Part shown: positions 35,945 to 47,964 of the stretch, in pieces
How positions within the stretch are numbered: position 1 is the stretch's first letter
Layout of the letters: every line of letters starts with the position of its first letter
Assembly: GCF_030684315.1 (NCBI RefSeq)
Contig: NC_081360.1
Location: 43,781,424 to 43,845,423 of the forward strand
Length of the DNA: 64,000 nucleotides
Source of the DNA: Stegostoma tigrinum
Lineage: Eukaryota
Direction: 5' to 3'
Notes under the pieces: generated by a model
What the model was told of the DNA's origin: nothing
Databases searched by the model: none
Seen by the model: the letters and a program-made list of their open reading frames with translations, nothing else
Made by a program: the position numbers and the translations under genes

Positions 35945-38130
35945 ACTTTCCAGCACCTGACTCATAACCTTCAATGTAAAGACATTTTGAATGTCCGCTT
36001 TTAAAGGTTGTGAGCTTTCCCAGCTCAACTACCCTCCCAGGCAGTGCTTTCCAGATTCCCACCAGACCAGGCAGTGCATTTCAGATTCCCACCATCCTCT
36101 GGTGAAAAAAAACATTTTCCACAAATCGCTGCCTTTCAGCGTAAAATTATGCCCCCCTTGATATTGAGCCTTCAACTAAGAGGGACAGCTGCTTTTTATT
36201 GTCCATGCTGCTAATAATCTTTTATACCCAAGTCAAGTCCCATCAGCTGTCTTTGCGCCAAAAAGCAACCTGAGTTTATCCAGCCTCTCCCCACAGCTAA
36301 ATTGCTCCATCCTGGCAATATCTTGGTTAATCTTCTGCACCTGCTCAGAGCAATCATATCCTTTCAATAGGCAGTGACAAGAACTGCATACAATATTCCA
36401 GTTATGGTGCAGCCAAAGTCCTGTGCAGCTCCGTAATAACCTCCCTGCTCCTATAATCCATAACCGATTAAAAGCAAGTCTAATGCATTCCTTCTTAACT
36501 ATCCTATTAACTTAGTTATGAGGAAGGGTCACCGAACCCAAAACGTTAACACTTTTTTTTCTTCACAGATGCTGCCAGACCTGCTAGCTTTTCCAGCAAC
36601 TTTGTTTTTGTTCCTGATTTATAGCATCCACAGTTCTTTCAGTTTTTATCCTATTAATTTGACCTGCCTCCTTTATCGATCTGTGGACAAGCAACCCCAA
36701 GATCTAAGCTTCCTAGTGCCCTGCCATTCATTGAATACTGCCTTGTTTTGTTCCTTCATCCAAAGTGCATCACCTCACACTTATCAGGGTTAAATTCCAT
36801 CTGCCACTGATTTGCCCATCTGACCAATCCGCCTATATCGTCCTGTAACCTAAGACCATCTTCCTCTCTGTCAACCACCCAGCCAATCTTTGTGTCATCT
36901 GTAAATTTCCTTATCGTTGACCACGAACAGGCAATCCCAGCTCCCATGTTTACTCCTATGCCGTTTATGTAAATCATTAGTAGTAAGGGACCCAACAATC
37001 CAAATAGATTGCCCTACTCTTTTTCCCTATTTATCCTCTTCCCCTTGATGTACTTGCAGAATATCTTGGAATTCTCCCTAATCGTGCCCTCTCTTTTTGT
37101 TTCCGGAATGCTTTATAGTCCCTCCCACTCCTCCTCCGCTTCTTCCCCCCCCCCCCCCAAGCCTGCCATATCTTTAAACCTTCACTAGGACCCCTGTTGA
37201 TTTCCTCCCTTTGTCCCTGTTAAAAACCTCTTTTCCTTTTTATCTAGTCATGAATATGCCAAGATTCTGGATTTTCGGGCTTGTTGCTCCTACACTTTGC
37301 CCTAAAAGGAACATATTGGGCCTGGAATCTCACAATTCCATTTGAGCACCCCCAAACTGTTCTACCTTATCCTTACTCAGAAGTAGCTATTCCCAGTCTA
37401 CTTTGGCCATATTCTGCTTTATTTTAATAAAATCTACCCTCCCCTGGTCCAAAATCCTTTTTTCCAGACCATCTTTTTCCTTTTCCTCTTCCATAACAAA
37501 CTTAAAATGTACAATGTTGGGGCCACTATCACTACAATGCTTTCTCACTGCTACCTTGAACATCTGCTGAGCTTCGTTCCCCAGCATAGCAGCATTCCTC
37601 GTTGGACCTTCTTCATGCTAATATAAAAGCTTTCCTGAATATATTTGAATAAATTTGTTGCCACTCCCAACCACCACCACAATCTCTACACTATGACTCT
37701 CCCAATTAATGTTGAGGAAATTGAAATTCCTTAGTATAATTAACCTATTATTGTTTTTACATACCTCACTAAACTGCCTACACGTCTACTCCTATATTGC
37801 CTGCTGACTATTTTGAGGTCTGTAATATATTCCCAGCAGTGTGCCTGCCCCCTTTTTATTCTTGAGCTCTATACTAAGCCTCATCAAAGCCTCATTTGAA
37901 CACATTTATGCGATATTGTCCCTCTTTGCTGCAGTCACCGAATTGTTAATTCATAAGGCAACATGGTCTCTTTACATTCTGTACTGTCCTGCCTGAAGAT
38001 CCTATACGTGGCATGTTGAGCACCAGTCATGCCTGTCCCTCAACCACATCTCTTTGATGGCTACATCGCCACAATTTCACGTGTCAACGCACACCCTTAA
38101 CTCATCTGTCTTACCTATAATACTTGCTTC
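35945..38130 (-). mobile_element. CR1 LINE, internally deleted (endonuclease and RT remnants)
   Basis: LGPLLLMIYIN..KFTDDTKIG..WQMEFNPDKCEVMHFG and the APE C-terminus LGNEAQQ...DS. Ends just upstream of a SESTD1 acceptor. Confidence 0.8.
36511..36646 (+). mobile_element. Short Penelope pLTR insertion starting at a degenerate hammerhead, with 11-bp TSD
   Basis: AGTT-ATGAGGA-AGGGTCACCGAACCC-AAAACGTT-AAC. TATCCTATTAA at 36500-36510 and 36647-36657. Confidence 0.82.
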
Positions 38131-38216
38131 CAATAAATTTTGTTCCATTGTTATAATGATGTTTTTCGGATTGATTTGCCATTGTAATGTGCTGACAAAA
38201 AATATTTGCTTTTCAG

Positions 38217-38325
38217 GTGGCAAAGACAGAAGAAGTGGCCTTATCCTAACAATTCCATTATGTTCAGAGCAAACAAACATGGATGAGCTAAGTGTCACTT
38301 TGGATTACTTGCTCAGCATTCCAAG
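38217..38325 (+). CDS. SESTD1: SESTD1 coding exon: (G)[35 protein letters not shown](S)
   Basis: tttcag| acceptor, AG|gtgatt donor, 109 nt, phase 1 to 2. Near-identical to vertebrate SESTD1 SEC14/CRAL-TRIO sequence. Confidence 0.96.
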
Positions 38326-39455
38326 GTGATTTTTCTTTCATGCATTCTAGCTGTATTTTTTAAAAAGGTGCTGTTATGTTTGTACAAATTATTGCTCAAT
38401 CTGCAATTTTTTGTCACTGATAGCAATTAAATTTGTTTTGTCAGGTGTGATTATCTGTGGAGATTATTTTGTAATGAGTCAAATGCATTGTGAAAATGCA
38501 TTTTATAAGAATTTTTTGCAAGTATTACACTATGAGAACTGTGAAATGAACTGTAGGGATTTCTTATGATAAACGGCTTGTTGGTATTTCATCAAGGGCT
38601 CATGATAGTAAGTGTTATTCAGCAAAGAACTAATATTTTATCCTGATTCATACTGTCTACATTTCTTGCATATTTGTCAGTTGTACATAGGATGTGTGAT
38701 TTTGAAGTTTAAAGCTAAACTGAAGGCAGACTTTTAAATTCTTATGTTTCAAAAATCACTGAATTTTCACTTCAGATGTACATGTGTGTCTGTGCCCAAA
38801 GACGCATACAATGGGCAACTAACGCAAATGTGTGGTATGAAATATTGTGGAAAATCGTGTGTTAATGAGAGAAATGTCTAATTGTCCTGACCCCAAATTT
38901 TTTTCATTGTTAGACCCCATCTGTTGATCTCTCGTCTCACTTCATATTAGATTCTATACACAAACTATTAATTTGTTGTAAGTAAGCTGGTCAAAACTTC
39001 TTTTTTTAAATTAACCTATTATTCCAAATCAACTTGTTCAGAAATGCTACTATACCCCTCCAGATCAGGTGGAACTTGAACCCAGGCCTTTCTGGTCCAG
39101 GTGCAAGGACACTACCACTGTGCCACAAGAGGGCCCCCAAAGAATTTGAGGTGAGGTAATGCTTTCTGAGCCTGATGTGACTTGAATACGCAATCCTCTG
39201 ATCCAGAGTCAGACGAGTTCTTATTAAATTACAAACTGATTTTCAGGTACATAGTTTTCTATAGTCACCTGAACTAGCTGAAACTCAACAATTGAAGGAA
39301 GTTGTGCAGCCATTCTTTTCCCATAAATCCTGACACCTTTTTTCTGGTCTGTTTGAGAAATAAGGGTTATTTTACTGGCACTATGCTGTTAGTGTCATTG
39401 AGTAGAAGAAAGAAAGCCACAGAAAAGAGGCCTAAAGAGTGAAGTTTTTCAGCAC

Positions 39456-39565
39456 TCACTGGACCGGAAACGTTAACTCTGCTTTCTCTCCATTGATGCT
39501 GTCAGACCTGCTGGGTTTCTCCAGCAATCCCTATTTTTGTTGGATTACCAACATCCACTTTTTTT
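39456..39565 (+). mobile_element. Penelope pLTR fragment beginning in hammerhead stem II
   Basis: TCACTGGACCGGAAACGTTAACTCTG...GATGCTGTCAGACCTGCTG. Confidence 0.7.
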
Positions 39566-40644
39566 GTCAATGACAGTACAGTAGTTGTGTTTTTCAAAGG
39601 CCTTTGGCAGATTCTTGGGTATAATTTTTGTTTTGAATTACCCAACAGGGGTGAGTGGTGATGAAACATATGTGCAAACTGTGTTGAATGTTTCCTGTAT
39701 TAGCCAACATGTTTCATCAGGGTAGGGGGAAATGTGACACTGAAAGCCTGCCTGATCCAACCCCCATGGCAATTAAGATGGCTAAAGAGCTTATTTGAGA
39801 ATTTGTTGAGTGGTATATTCAGATTTTAAGTGGGTTGTCCAGATTGTCTGGGTCAGACCAGGCACATACAGCTGGCAATTCAGCAGTCAGCCAGCCATAG
39901 CCCACCACAGGGACTCGGATGGGTTCATTGAGGCAGTAGATGACCTAGGGGGGATCTTGGCAATTAACATACGGGTATTAATAGATCGCCACAGTATTTG
40001 GGAAAGAGGCCAGGAATTAGGTGGGCATTGCAAGAAATTGTCAACCCACTGGCATCATGGATAATACAATGGGGAAAAAGTTGCCAAATCCTATCTGAGT
40101 GTGATTACACTTGACAGCAGGGCCTGGACTTGCAGTGATGTTATTACCAGAAATATCTTTGTCACAGGGCCTTGCTGCACAGTTGCCTTATGCTGGTTCA
40201 GTCAGGGGGATGTGAGAGACAGCTATCATCCTCCAACGCAGTCATGGCTGTTGGCTGGTGCTCCAGATGGCTGGAGTGGCAACCAGCTTTGATACAACTG
40301 GCATTTCAAGTATCACGTGCTAACACTGCTGCCACCTGGTCAAGGTTGTGTAATGTGGCATGCATCCAGTGAATACCCTTACATAGTAACTATGTGCACT
40401 TGAAGTGTTGCACATAGTTCTCCATGAAGTTAGCCACACGCGCTTAGTGGCGAAATTTGTGAACTTGAGCCTTCAGCTTTGTTAGCACACTTGGTGGCTG
40501 GATTCCTGACTGAACATTCTATCAGGGAACTCTAATATGTGGAAGCAAGTCTGTTATTGCTGGTCTAAAAGTACAGTCTCACGTGAGCCTTTATCTGTGC
40601 ACAGATGTTTAGAAGTGTATATGCCCATCTCGAGACTTAGCTAG

Positions 40645-40991
40645 TTCTAAAGGATATATCTGAGGAGATTGTAGAGGCATTGGTGGTGATCTTTCAGGAA
40701 TCACTGGAGTCAGGGAGGGTCCCAGAGGACTAGAAAATGGATAATGTAACAACCCTGTTTAAGAAGGGAAGCAGAAGACCCGAAAGCTATGGGCCGGTTA
40801 GCCAGGTCTTGTTTGTTGATAAGATTTTAGAGTCCATCGTTAAGGATGAGGTTGTAGGGTACTTGGAAACGAATGGTGAAATATGGCTGAGTCAGCAAGG
40901 CTTCGTCAAAGGGAGGTTCTGCTTTACCAATCTGTTAGCATTCTTTGTGGAGGTAAAAAGCATGTTAGACAAAGGAAGCCAGTGGATGTCG
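40645..40991 (+). mobile_element. CR1 RT fragment
   Basis: NVTTLFKKG..YGPVS...SQQGFVKGRFCFTNL. Confidence 0.88.
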
Positions 40992-42850
40992 TAGAATCAT
41001 AGAGATGCACGGCATGGAAATAGACCCTTCAGTCCAACTTGACCATGCCAGCCAGATATCCTAGATAAATCTAGTCCCATTTGCCAGCATTTGGCCCATA
41101 TACCTGTAAACTCTTGGTATTCATATACCCATTCCAATGCCATTTACATGCTGTAATTGTATCAGCCTCCATCACTTCCTGTGGCAGCTCATGCCATACA
41201 CATACGACCTTCTGCATGAAAAATTTGCCCCTTTGGTCCCTTTTAAATCTTTTGCCTCTCACCTTAAACCAATGCCCTCTAATTTCTGACACCCCCAGCC
41301 TTGGGAAAAACCTTGTATGTTTACCCTATCCTTGCCCCTTATGATTTCATAAACATCTATAATGTTTATAAAATCCCTCAGACTCTGATGCTCCAGGGAA
41401 GATAGCCCCAGCCTGTGCGGCCTATCCTTACTGCCCAAACCCTCCAACTCTGGCAACATCATCGTAAATCTTTTCAGAACTCTTTCCAGTCTCACAACAT
41501 CCTTCCTACAGCAGAGGCCAGAATTGCACAGTATTCCAAAAGTGGCCTAACCAATGAACTGTACAGCCTCAATGTGTCCTCCCACCTTCAATCCCCAATG
41601 CACTGACCAATAAAGGCAAGCATACCAAATGCCTTCTTCTCTATCCTATCTACCTATGACTCCACTTTCAAGGAACTGTGAACCTGCACTCCAAGGTCTC
41701 GTTGTTCAGCACACTCCCAGGACCTTAGCATTGTGTATAAGTCCTGCCCTGATTTGCCTTTCCAAAATGCAGCACCTCACATTTATCTAAATTAAACTCC
41801 ATCTGCTGCTCTTCGGCGCATTGGCCCGTCTGATCAAGATTCCATTTTATTCTGAGGCACCTTCTTCGCTGTCCACCACGCCTGCAATTTTGGTGTCATC
41901 TGCAAACTTATGAACCAGACCTCCTATGTTCACATCTAAATCATTTATATAAATGACGAAAAGCAGTGGACCCAGCACCAATCCTTGTGGCACACACTGT
42001 GCAAAGGACTATAGTCTGAAAAATGTCCATATTTCAGAGGAGGAGGTGCTGGACGGTTTAAAATGCATAAAAGGTAGATAAATCCCCGGGACCACCACCC
42101 TCTGTCCGAACTTTGAGGCATTTCTGTGTCCAAATGGCTAGTTCTCGCTGTATTCCATGTGATCTAACCTTGCTAGCCTTGTTGAATGCCGTAATGAAGT
42201 CTTCATAGATCACGTCTACTGCTCTGCCCTCATGAATCCTCTTAGTTATTTCTTCTCAACTCAATCAATATTAGTGAGACTTGAATTCTCAAGCACGAAG
42301 CCATGTTGACTATCCCTAATCAGTCCTTGCCTTTCCAAATGCATGTAAATCCTGTCCCTCAGGATTCTCTCCAAAAACATGTCCACCACTGATGTCAAGC
42401 TCACTGGTGTGTAGTTCCCTAGCTTTTTCTTACCACCTTCCTTAAACAGTGGCACCATGTTAGCCAACCTCCAGTTCTGGAATCTCACCTGTAGCTATTG
42501 ATGATACAAATATCTCAGCAAGGGGTTTAGCAATCACTTCTCCAGCTTCCCACAGAGTTCTAGGGTCTACACCTGATCAGGTTCCAGGGATTTATCCACC
42601 TTCTGTGCGTTTTAAGCTGCCCAGCACCACCAACTCTATAATGTGGACATTTTTCAAGATGTCGCTGTCTATTTCGCTACGTTCTGTATCTTCCATATTC
42701 TTTTCTACAGTAAACACTGATGCACAATGCTTGTTTAGAATCTCCACCATCTTCTGCAGTTGCACACGTAAGCAGCTGGGCTCCTCTTTAAGAGGTCCTA
42801 TTCTCTCTTTTGTCCTTAATATATTTATAAAATCCCTTTGGATTCTCCTT
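40992..42850 (-). mobile_element. CR1 LINE, internally deleted
   Basis: Reverse CR1 tail TAGAATCATAGAGATG, plus WRLANMVPLFKEG..NYTPVSLTSVV and SQHGFV. Confidence 0.9.
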
Positions 42851-42954
42851 GTCTCTGTGGATTATTTAAATTAGGGCAAACCATTCTGAGAATAACACAG
42901 ACCCCACGTCTTAAAAAGAATTTGATCATATAGAATCAGAAACATAATCTTGTC

Positions 42955-43137
42955 CACAACAAAAGCAACTGCAGATGCTGGAAATCTGAAACAAAAACGG
43001 AAATTACTAGAGAGACTCAGCAAGTCTGGCAGCACCTGTGGAGAGAAAACGGAGATACCGTGCCAGATCCAGAAGAAGGGTCACTGGAAAGAAAACAAAG
43101 GCAACATTTCTGGTCCACTGACTCTTCTTTAGGACTG
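42955..43137 (-). mobile_element. Penelope pLTR fragment with an internal inverted hammerhead piece
   Basis: Plus-strand AGAAGAAGGGTCACTGGA (about 43071-43088) faces the minus-strand TGGTCCACTGACTCTTCTTTAG. Confidence 0.7.
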
Positions 43138-43914
43138 TTGTGAAGGAGCCAAATAAACCCAAAACGTTAAATGTGCTTTCCTGCCACACCCATGTCTCTG
43201 CAGAAATCTCTGCCCCTGTTATAAACCTATCTGTGACACCTCAACTCCGTTATCACCAAATAAGTCCGAGAACTTTTTTTTTCTCTCTCTCTTTCTCTCT
43301 GAGATCCCTTTGCCTCTCTGTCCTTCTGTAAAGTCTCTGCAGACGCCATCTCTTCAACAGTCTATTAGTCACTGCGTCATCTTTTCTTATCTGGCTGAAG
43401 TCTCTATACCTTTTCTGAAAGGGAACTTGTGTGGTCTCATCGTATTTGTAATTTTTCTATGTTCTTTTGTGGGGCATATGTGCCACTGCCAGCATTTGTG
43501 TCTATCCTTATTTGCCCTTGAACTGAATTGTTTGCTAGGGCTATTTCTGAGTCAGCCACATTGCTGTGGGTCTGAACTGACATGTAGGCCAGACTTGGTA
43601 AGGAGGGCAAATATCCTTTCCTGAAGGATGGATTTTGACAACAATCACCACTGACTTCCTGTGCACTTTTAATTCTAGCTTTCAATTAATTATTAATTCA
43701 ATTGACACTTCACCAACTGTCATGGTGAGATTTGAACCCGTGTACCCAAAGTGTTGCTCTGGGAGTCTTGCTTAACAGTACAGTCATATGACCATTACCA
43801 TCTGCCTTTATTGCATTCTAGATGTAAATAGTTGTTGACAAAGTGTTGTTATGTTATGTCTACAATTAAATCTCCATTTAAAATGGAATTCCTATTCAAG
43901 TGATTAGATTCAAC

Positions 43915-44480
43915 CATGTGGTCTATTTGGATTTCAGAATGCTTTTGACGAGGTGTCACACAAGAGGCTGCTAAATAAGATAAGAGCCCTTGGTGTTAGG
44001 GGAGAGGTATTGGCGTGAATACAGGATTGGCTCACTGGCAGAAAGCAGAGTAGAGACAAAGGAGTCTTTCAGGATGGCGACCCTTGTCTAGTGGAGTTCA
44101 GCAGAGTGGGTGTTGGGTCCACAGCATTATACATTAACAATCTGAATGAAGAAACTGATAGAAAGTTTGGTGGAGGGGCAAGTTTGTTTGGGAGGATAAG
44201 AGAGTAGGTAAAGTGGCAGATGGGATACACAGTAGGAAAGTGTGAGGTTATGTACTTTAGTAGGAAAGTACTGTGAAACTGTTAATCTGTGGAACTCTGC
44301 CATGGAGGACTGTTGAGGTCAAGGCTTTGAGTGTATTTAAGACAGAGAAAAATAGGTTCTCGCTTGATAATGGGATCAAGGGTTACAAGGAGAAGGCAGG
44401 AGAATGGAGTTGAGAAATATTTCAGCTGTGAGCAAATAGCGGTGCAGGCTCAATGGCCTGCATGGCCTAATTCTGCTCTA
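43915..44480 (+). mobile_element. CR1 RT and 3' fragment
   Basis: VYLDF..AFDEVSHKRLL motif and the CR1 tail. Confidence 0.8.
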
Positions 44481-46574
44481 TATCTTATGGTCTTATGGTG
44501 TGCAAGCAACTTTGTATCAACAGCAAAGAACTGAAAGGAATTGAAAGAAACCAAAAGAAAACAGCACTTCTACTTCTATGGTTCGGACTAGTGCAAGTAA
44601 GCTAGTTCCCAGACTTTCTTTTCCCCATTCCTCCCTAATATGCATGCCTTATGTATCTTTGTATATCTATTTGTAAAGGAGGGAATTTGAAAAGGGTGGG
44701 GTTTAAACTATAAAGAGTTGTAAGTTTGCAATTCATATGTCCTAAATACCATTGGTTAAAGGCAATCAGTTGGTAATAACACTATTTTCATGTTATATGT
44801 GGAAATCTGCTGATTGTTTTCTTTTGACATGAGTTTGTCATCTGGTAAATTGGGAACTTTGGATAATTTCACTAAACTTTTAACTTTTTGTGATAATTTG
44901 GGGAACAGTGGGCTTTATCTATGATGTAGTCTCCCGAGTTGGTTGTGACAAGTAGACCCTTTTTTTGTTTGTTTTGTTCGTTTTGTTCAGGTTTGTATAG
45001 TAAGATTCATTTGGGAAATGGGAAGAGGACTGTTTAAAACCAAGGACTGGAAAAGGAATTGTACATTTCTGAAGGCAGGTTATTGAAACTCATTGTGAGT
45101 TGCATTTATACTGTTGCTTTGGGAAGAGGAGAGATAAGATGGCATGTGTGGGCATGTACATGCACGGTAGGATTTGGTAGGTAGTGGATTGCTGATTGGT
45201 TTGTGCAGTTGTGACCAGTTGTGGATGCTGATGACAGTGCTCTGATTTGATCCTGGACAAGCGACCATCTGGTGAGTGCGAGAGTGGAAGGTTTTCAGAT
45301 TCGAAGAAGCAGGGTCTGCCTCTATCTTTGCAGCAAAGTAACCTGGGTTTGGATGCAATCACGTATTCTCTCTGACTGTTTGTTTGCCTCTAATCAGTGA
45401 CTCTAAAACTAAACAGTGAATCTGTAAATCCCCCAGATCCTTGGCCAAGAATTGAGATTCTAGAAGGGAAGAAGATGATTGGAGAACAAAAGGTCTGGGC
45501 AATAAAAGGAACACTTAATTGAAGACTGTAGTCTGGTGCTTTTGAACTGATATTCCCCAGTACTTTTCCTCCAGTCATCTTGCTACTCATCTTTCTTTCT
45601 TTAAGATGATGCTTGACTTCCACATGGTTGAAATATCTTGTGCCTCAAATATAATTAAATATTCTAATATGTGCTAAGGAGCATTATGAAGTGAAATTAG
45701 ACATCAGATGACATAGGAAATATTGTGGCAGCAGTCTTTGCCTAGTTTTTGTGAGAGAGTTGGGGGTTATGATCAAATAAGATTGGGTTTAAATCATAGA
45801 TATTAATTAGATTACCTTGTAATTTTGAACCATTTTGTTAAACTTTTGCCATTGTGTTTCACCTGTCTTTGCTGCTAAACTCCCCTAGCCCACTCCAGCC
45901 AGTTCTGCCCTCAGCCTTTTGTACTTCCATCACTTTTCATCTCAGCATAGCATTGTGAAGTAATCCAAGGCATCTGTTTATTGATGAACACTGCAGAATT
46001 ATAAGTTAGTAAGAGGAAGTCACTCATTAATTTTACCAGCAGATTGAGTTTTTTTTGCGCTGCCTTCACAATGTTTTTGGGTGTTGTTAAAATCTGATCT
46101 GTGACCTCGATGAATTTGAAGAATTTGGTAAAATCTAATGAAGGACTTGCTACTGTAAAATAGTTGAATTAGTTTTAAGATAAATACACAGGGCAGACCG
46201 TAAAGGGGATTTGTTTGAACTAACTTGAAACCTTAAATTTTATCTTTGGTCAACAGGCTTCATCCAATACCCAATTGCATGTTGAGTTGAAAGCCTTGTA
46301 TGTTTCTGTACATTTAAAAACTCAAGCCTTCTTCTTTAAATTTCATTTATGTGAATGCTTTCTTCTTGCAATAGTTTTACAGTTTTTGAAAGATTTCCAG
46401 AATTGGGAGGGGATTTTTGTAATTATTGCACACGTTACAAGTTAGTTAAAAGGTATGCTGAAGCTCCTAAAACCTTTCAGCATATGGCTTAAGGTTTTCT
46501 TTTGTGGGCCTAAATATTTGTGATATTATTCTGTTTGACCTTCTGTGTTCAAGTTGATATTTTCTTTCTTGCAG

Positions 46575-46665
46575 TGATAAGTGTAAAGCCAGAGGCTTTA
46601 CAGTTATAGTGGATGGCCGGAAATCTCAATGGAATGTAGTGAAGACGGTTGTGCTGATGCTGCAG
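46575..46665 (+). CDS. SESTD1: SESTD1 coding exon: (S)[30 protein letters not shown]
   Basis: tttctttcttgcag| acceptor, CAG|gtaagg donor, 91 nt, phase 2 to 0. Carries the [13 protein letters not shown]14-domain motif. Confidence 0.96.
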
Positions 46666-47738
46666 GTAAGGTTTCCTCACAACTGACAGTCATACATGTA
46701 ACTCAATTCAAGTCTTATCTAGTCTTATTCATTTCTATTAAGATTTATGTAGGAGTGTAGAAGACTCATTATTTTCCTCAAGTACTAATAGCTTCTGAAG
46801 AGTAAACATTGCAAAGAAATTGGACACCTGAATATTTGACAAATTGTGGAGGGTTTTCTGTAATGACTGTGACTTTTTTTTAACCTAATACGTTTTTGAT
46901 TGTATTTTACTCTTTTCAGCTTATTGAAAACATATAAATTAGATTAAATGTGAAATTCATAGAAATGCTTCCTCTGTTTTCGTAAATGTATGAACAGAAG
47001 AGAGGCTTATTTGCTTTTGGAGTGAAGCACTATTATATTGGGCCAAGGTTTATATATTTGGCTCTTGTCCCTTAGTGCTGGGAAACTTGAGCAATATGAA
47101 TTCTTGGCAGCTTAGTATCCACAACTGTTTGCCAAAATTCCACCTCCCAATGACTTCTTAACATTCAACTTTATGGAGATTTAGAACTTCAGCATTTATG
47201 AAGTTATGGGATTTTGTTTAAATTTTGTAAGATCCATTCTATGTCATAGTGAGAGAATTAGTATGATTACAGTAAGTTCTGTTTGTGCACATAAGTAGCC
47301 ATGCTTTATTTGTTATCTGACCTATAGTGCCACGAAAATTAACCGCATGGTGGTAAATCCAATGGATTAAATCAATGACCTCTGTTAAGTAATCTTTTTT
47401 GGAGGAAGATATGAACAATCTGTCAGGCCAGGCATTTTCTTTGGCTATAAAATGTTAATGTTCTTGGGCTCCATCAGATTTGAGCAGAGCAACAATGGCC
47501 ATTCCTATGAATGAACAGCTGCTCTCTGCAAACAACAGCATGACCTTAAACTCTCAGTATCTACTGATGAGCACGTTCAGGATTCGAACCCAAATTTCTA
47601 ATATAATTATACAACTGAATTGACGCAAATCACATCATAGTTTCTGGCTTCTGGGTAGCAAAAATAATTAGCATTATAACTGACATAAAAGAAATCTATT
47701 TGTAATTTAGTACAAGTAAAAATAGACAGTGCAATAGA

Positions 47739-47964
47739 TAACAAGTTGTGGAGCTGGAGGAACACAACAGGCCAGGCAGCATCAGAAGAACAGGAAAGCT
47801 GATGTTTCAGGTTGGGGCCCTTATTTAGAAAAGTTTTCTGAAGGAGGCCCACGCCCGAAACATCAGCTTTCCTGTTTCTGTGATGCTGCCTAGCCTCCTG
47901 TGTTCTTCTAGCTCCACACTTTGTTATCTCTCACTCCAGATCTGCAGTTCTTGCTATCTCAGTC
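47739..47964. mobile_element. Spacer-less palindromic Penelope pLTR element with 10-bp TSD
   Basis: Symmetry centre AGAAAA-G-TTTTCT at 47833. Hammerhead remnants at 47801-47828 (-) and 47838-47864 (+). GTGCAATAGA at 47729-47738 and 47965-47974. Confidence 0.87.

Noticed and set aside
36037-36094. 30-bp-period tandem duplication CCAGGCAGTGC.TT.CAGATTCCCACCA
   Set aside because: An ordinary local duplication within a dead CR1; only two units, not an array.
38054-38329. 91-aa ORF as a full coding unit
   Set aside because: Only 38217-38325 matches SESTD1. The upstream part is intron and CR1 remnant before the acceptor.
44490-44950. Possible solo LTR ending in TGTGACA
   Set aside because: No matching 5' terminus or TSD could be identified, so it is too weak to call.
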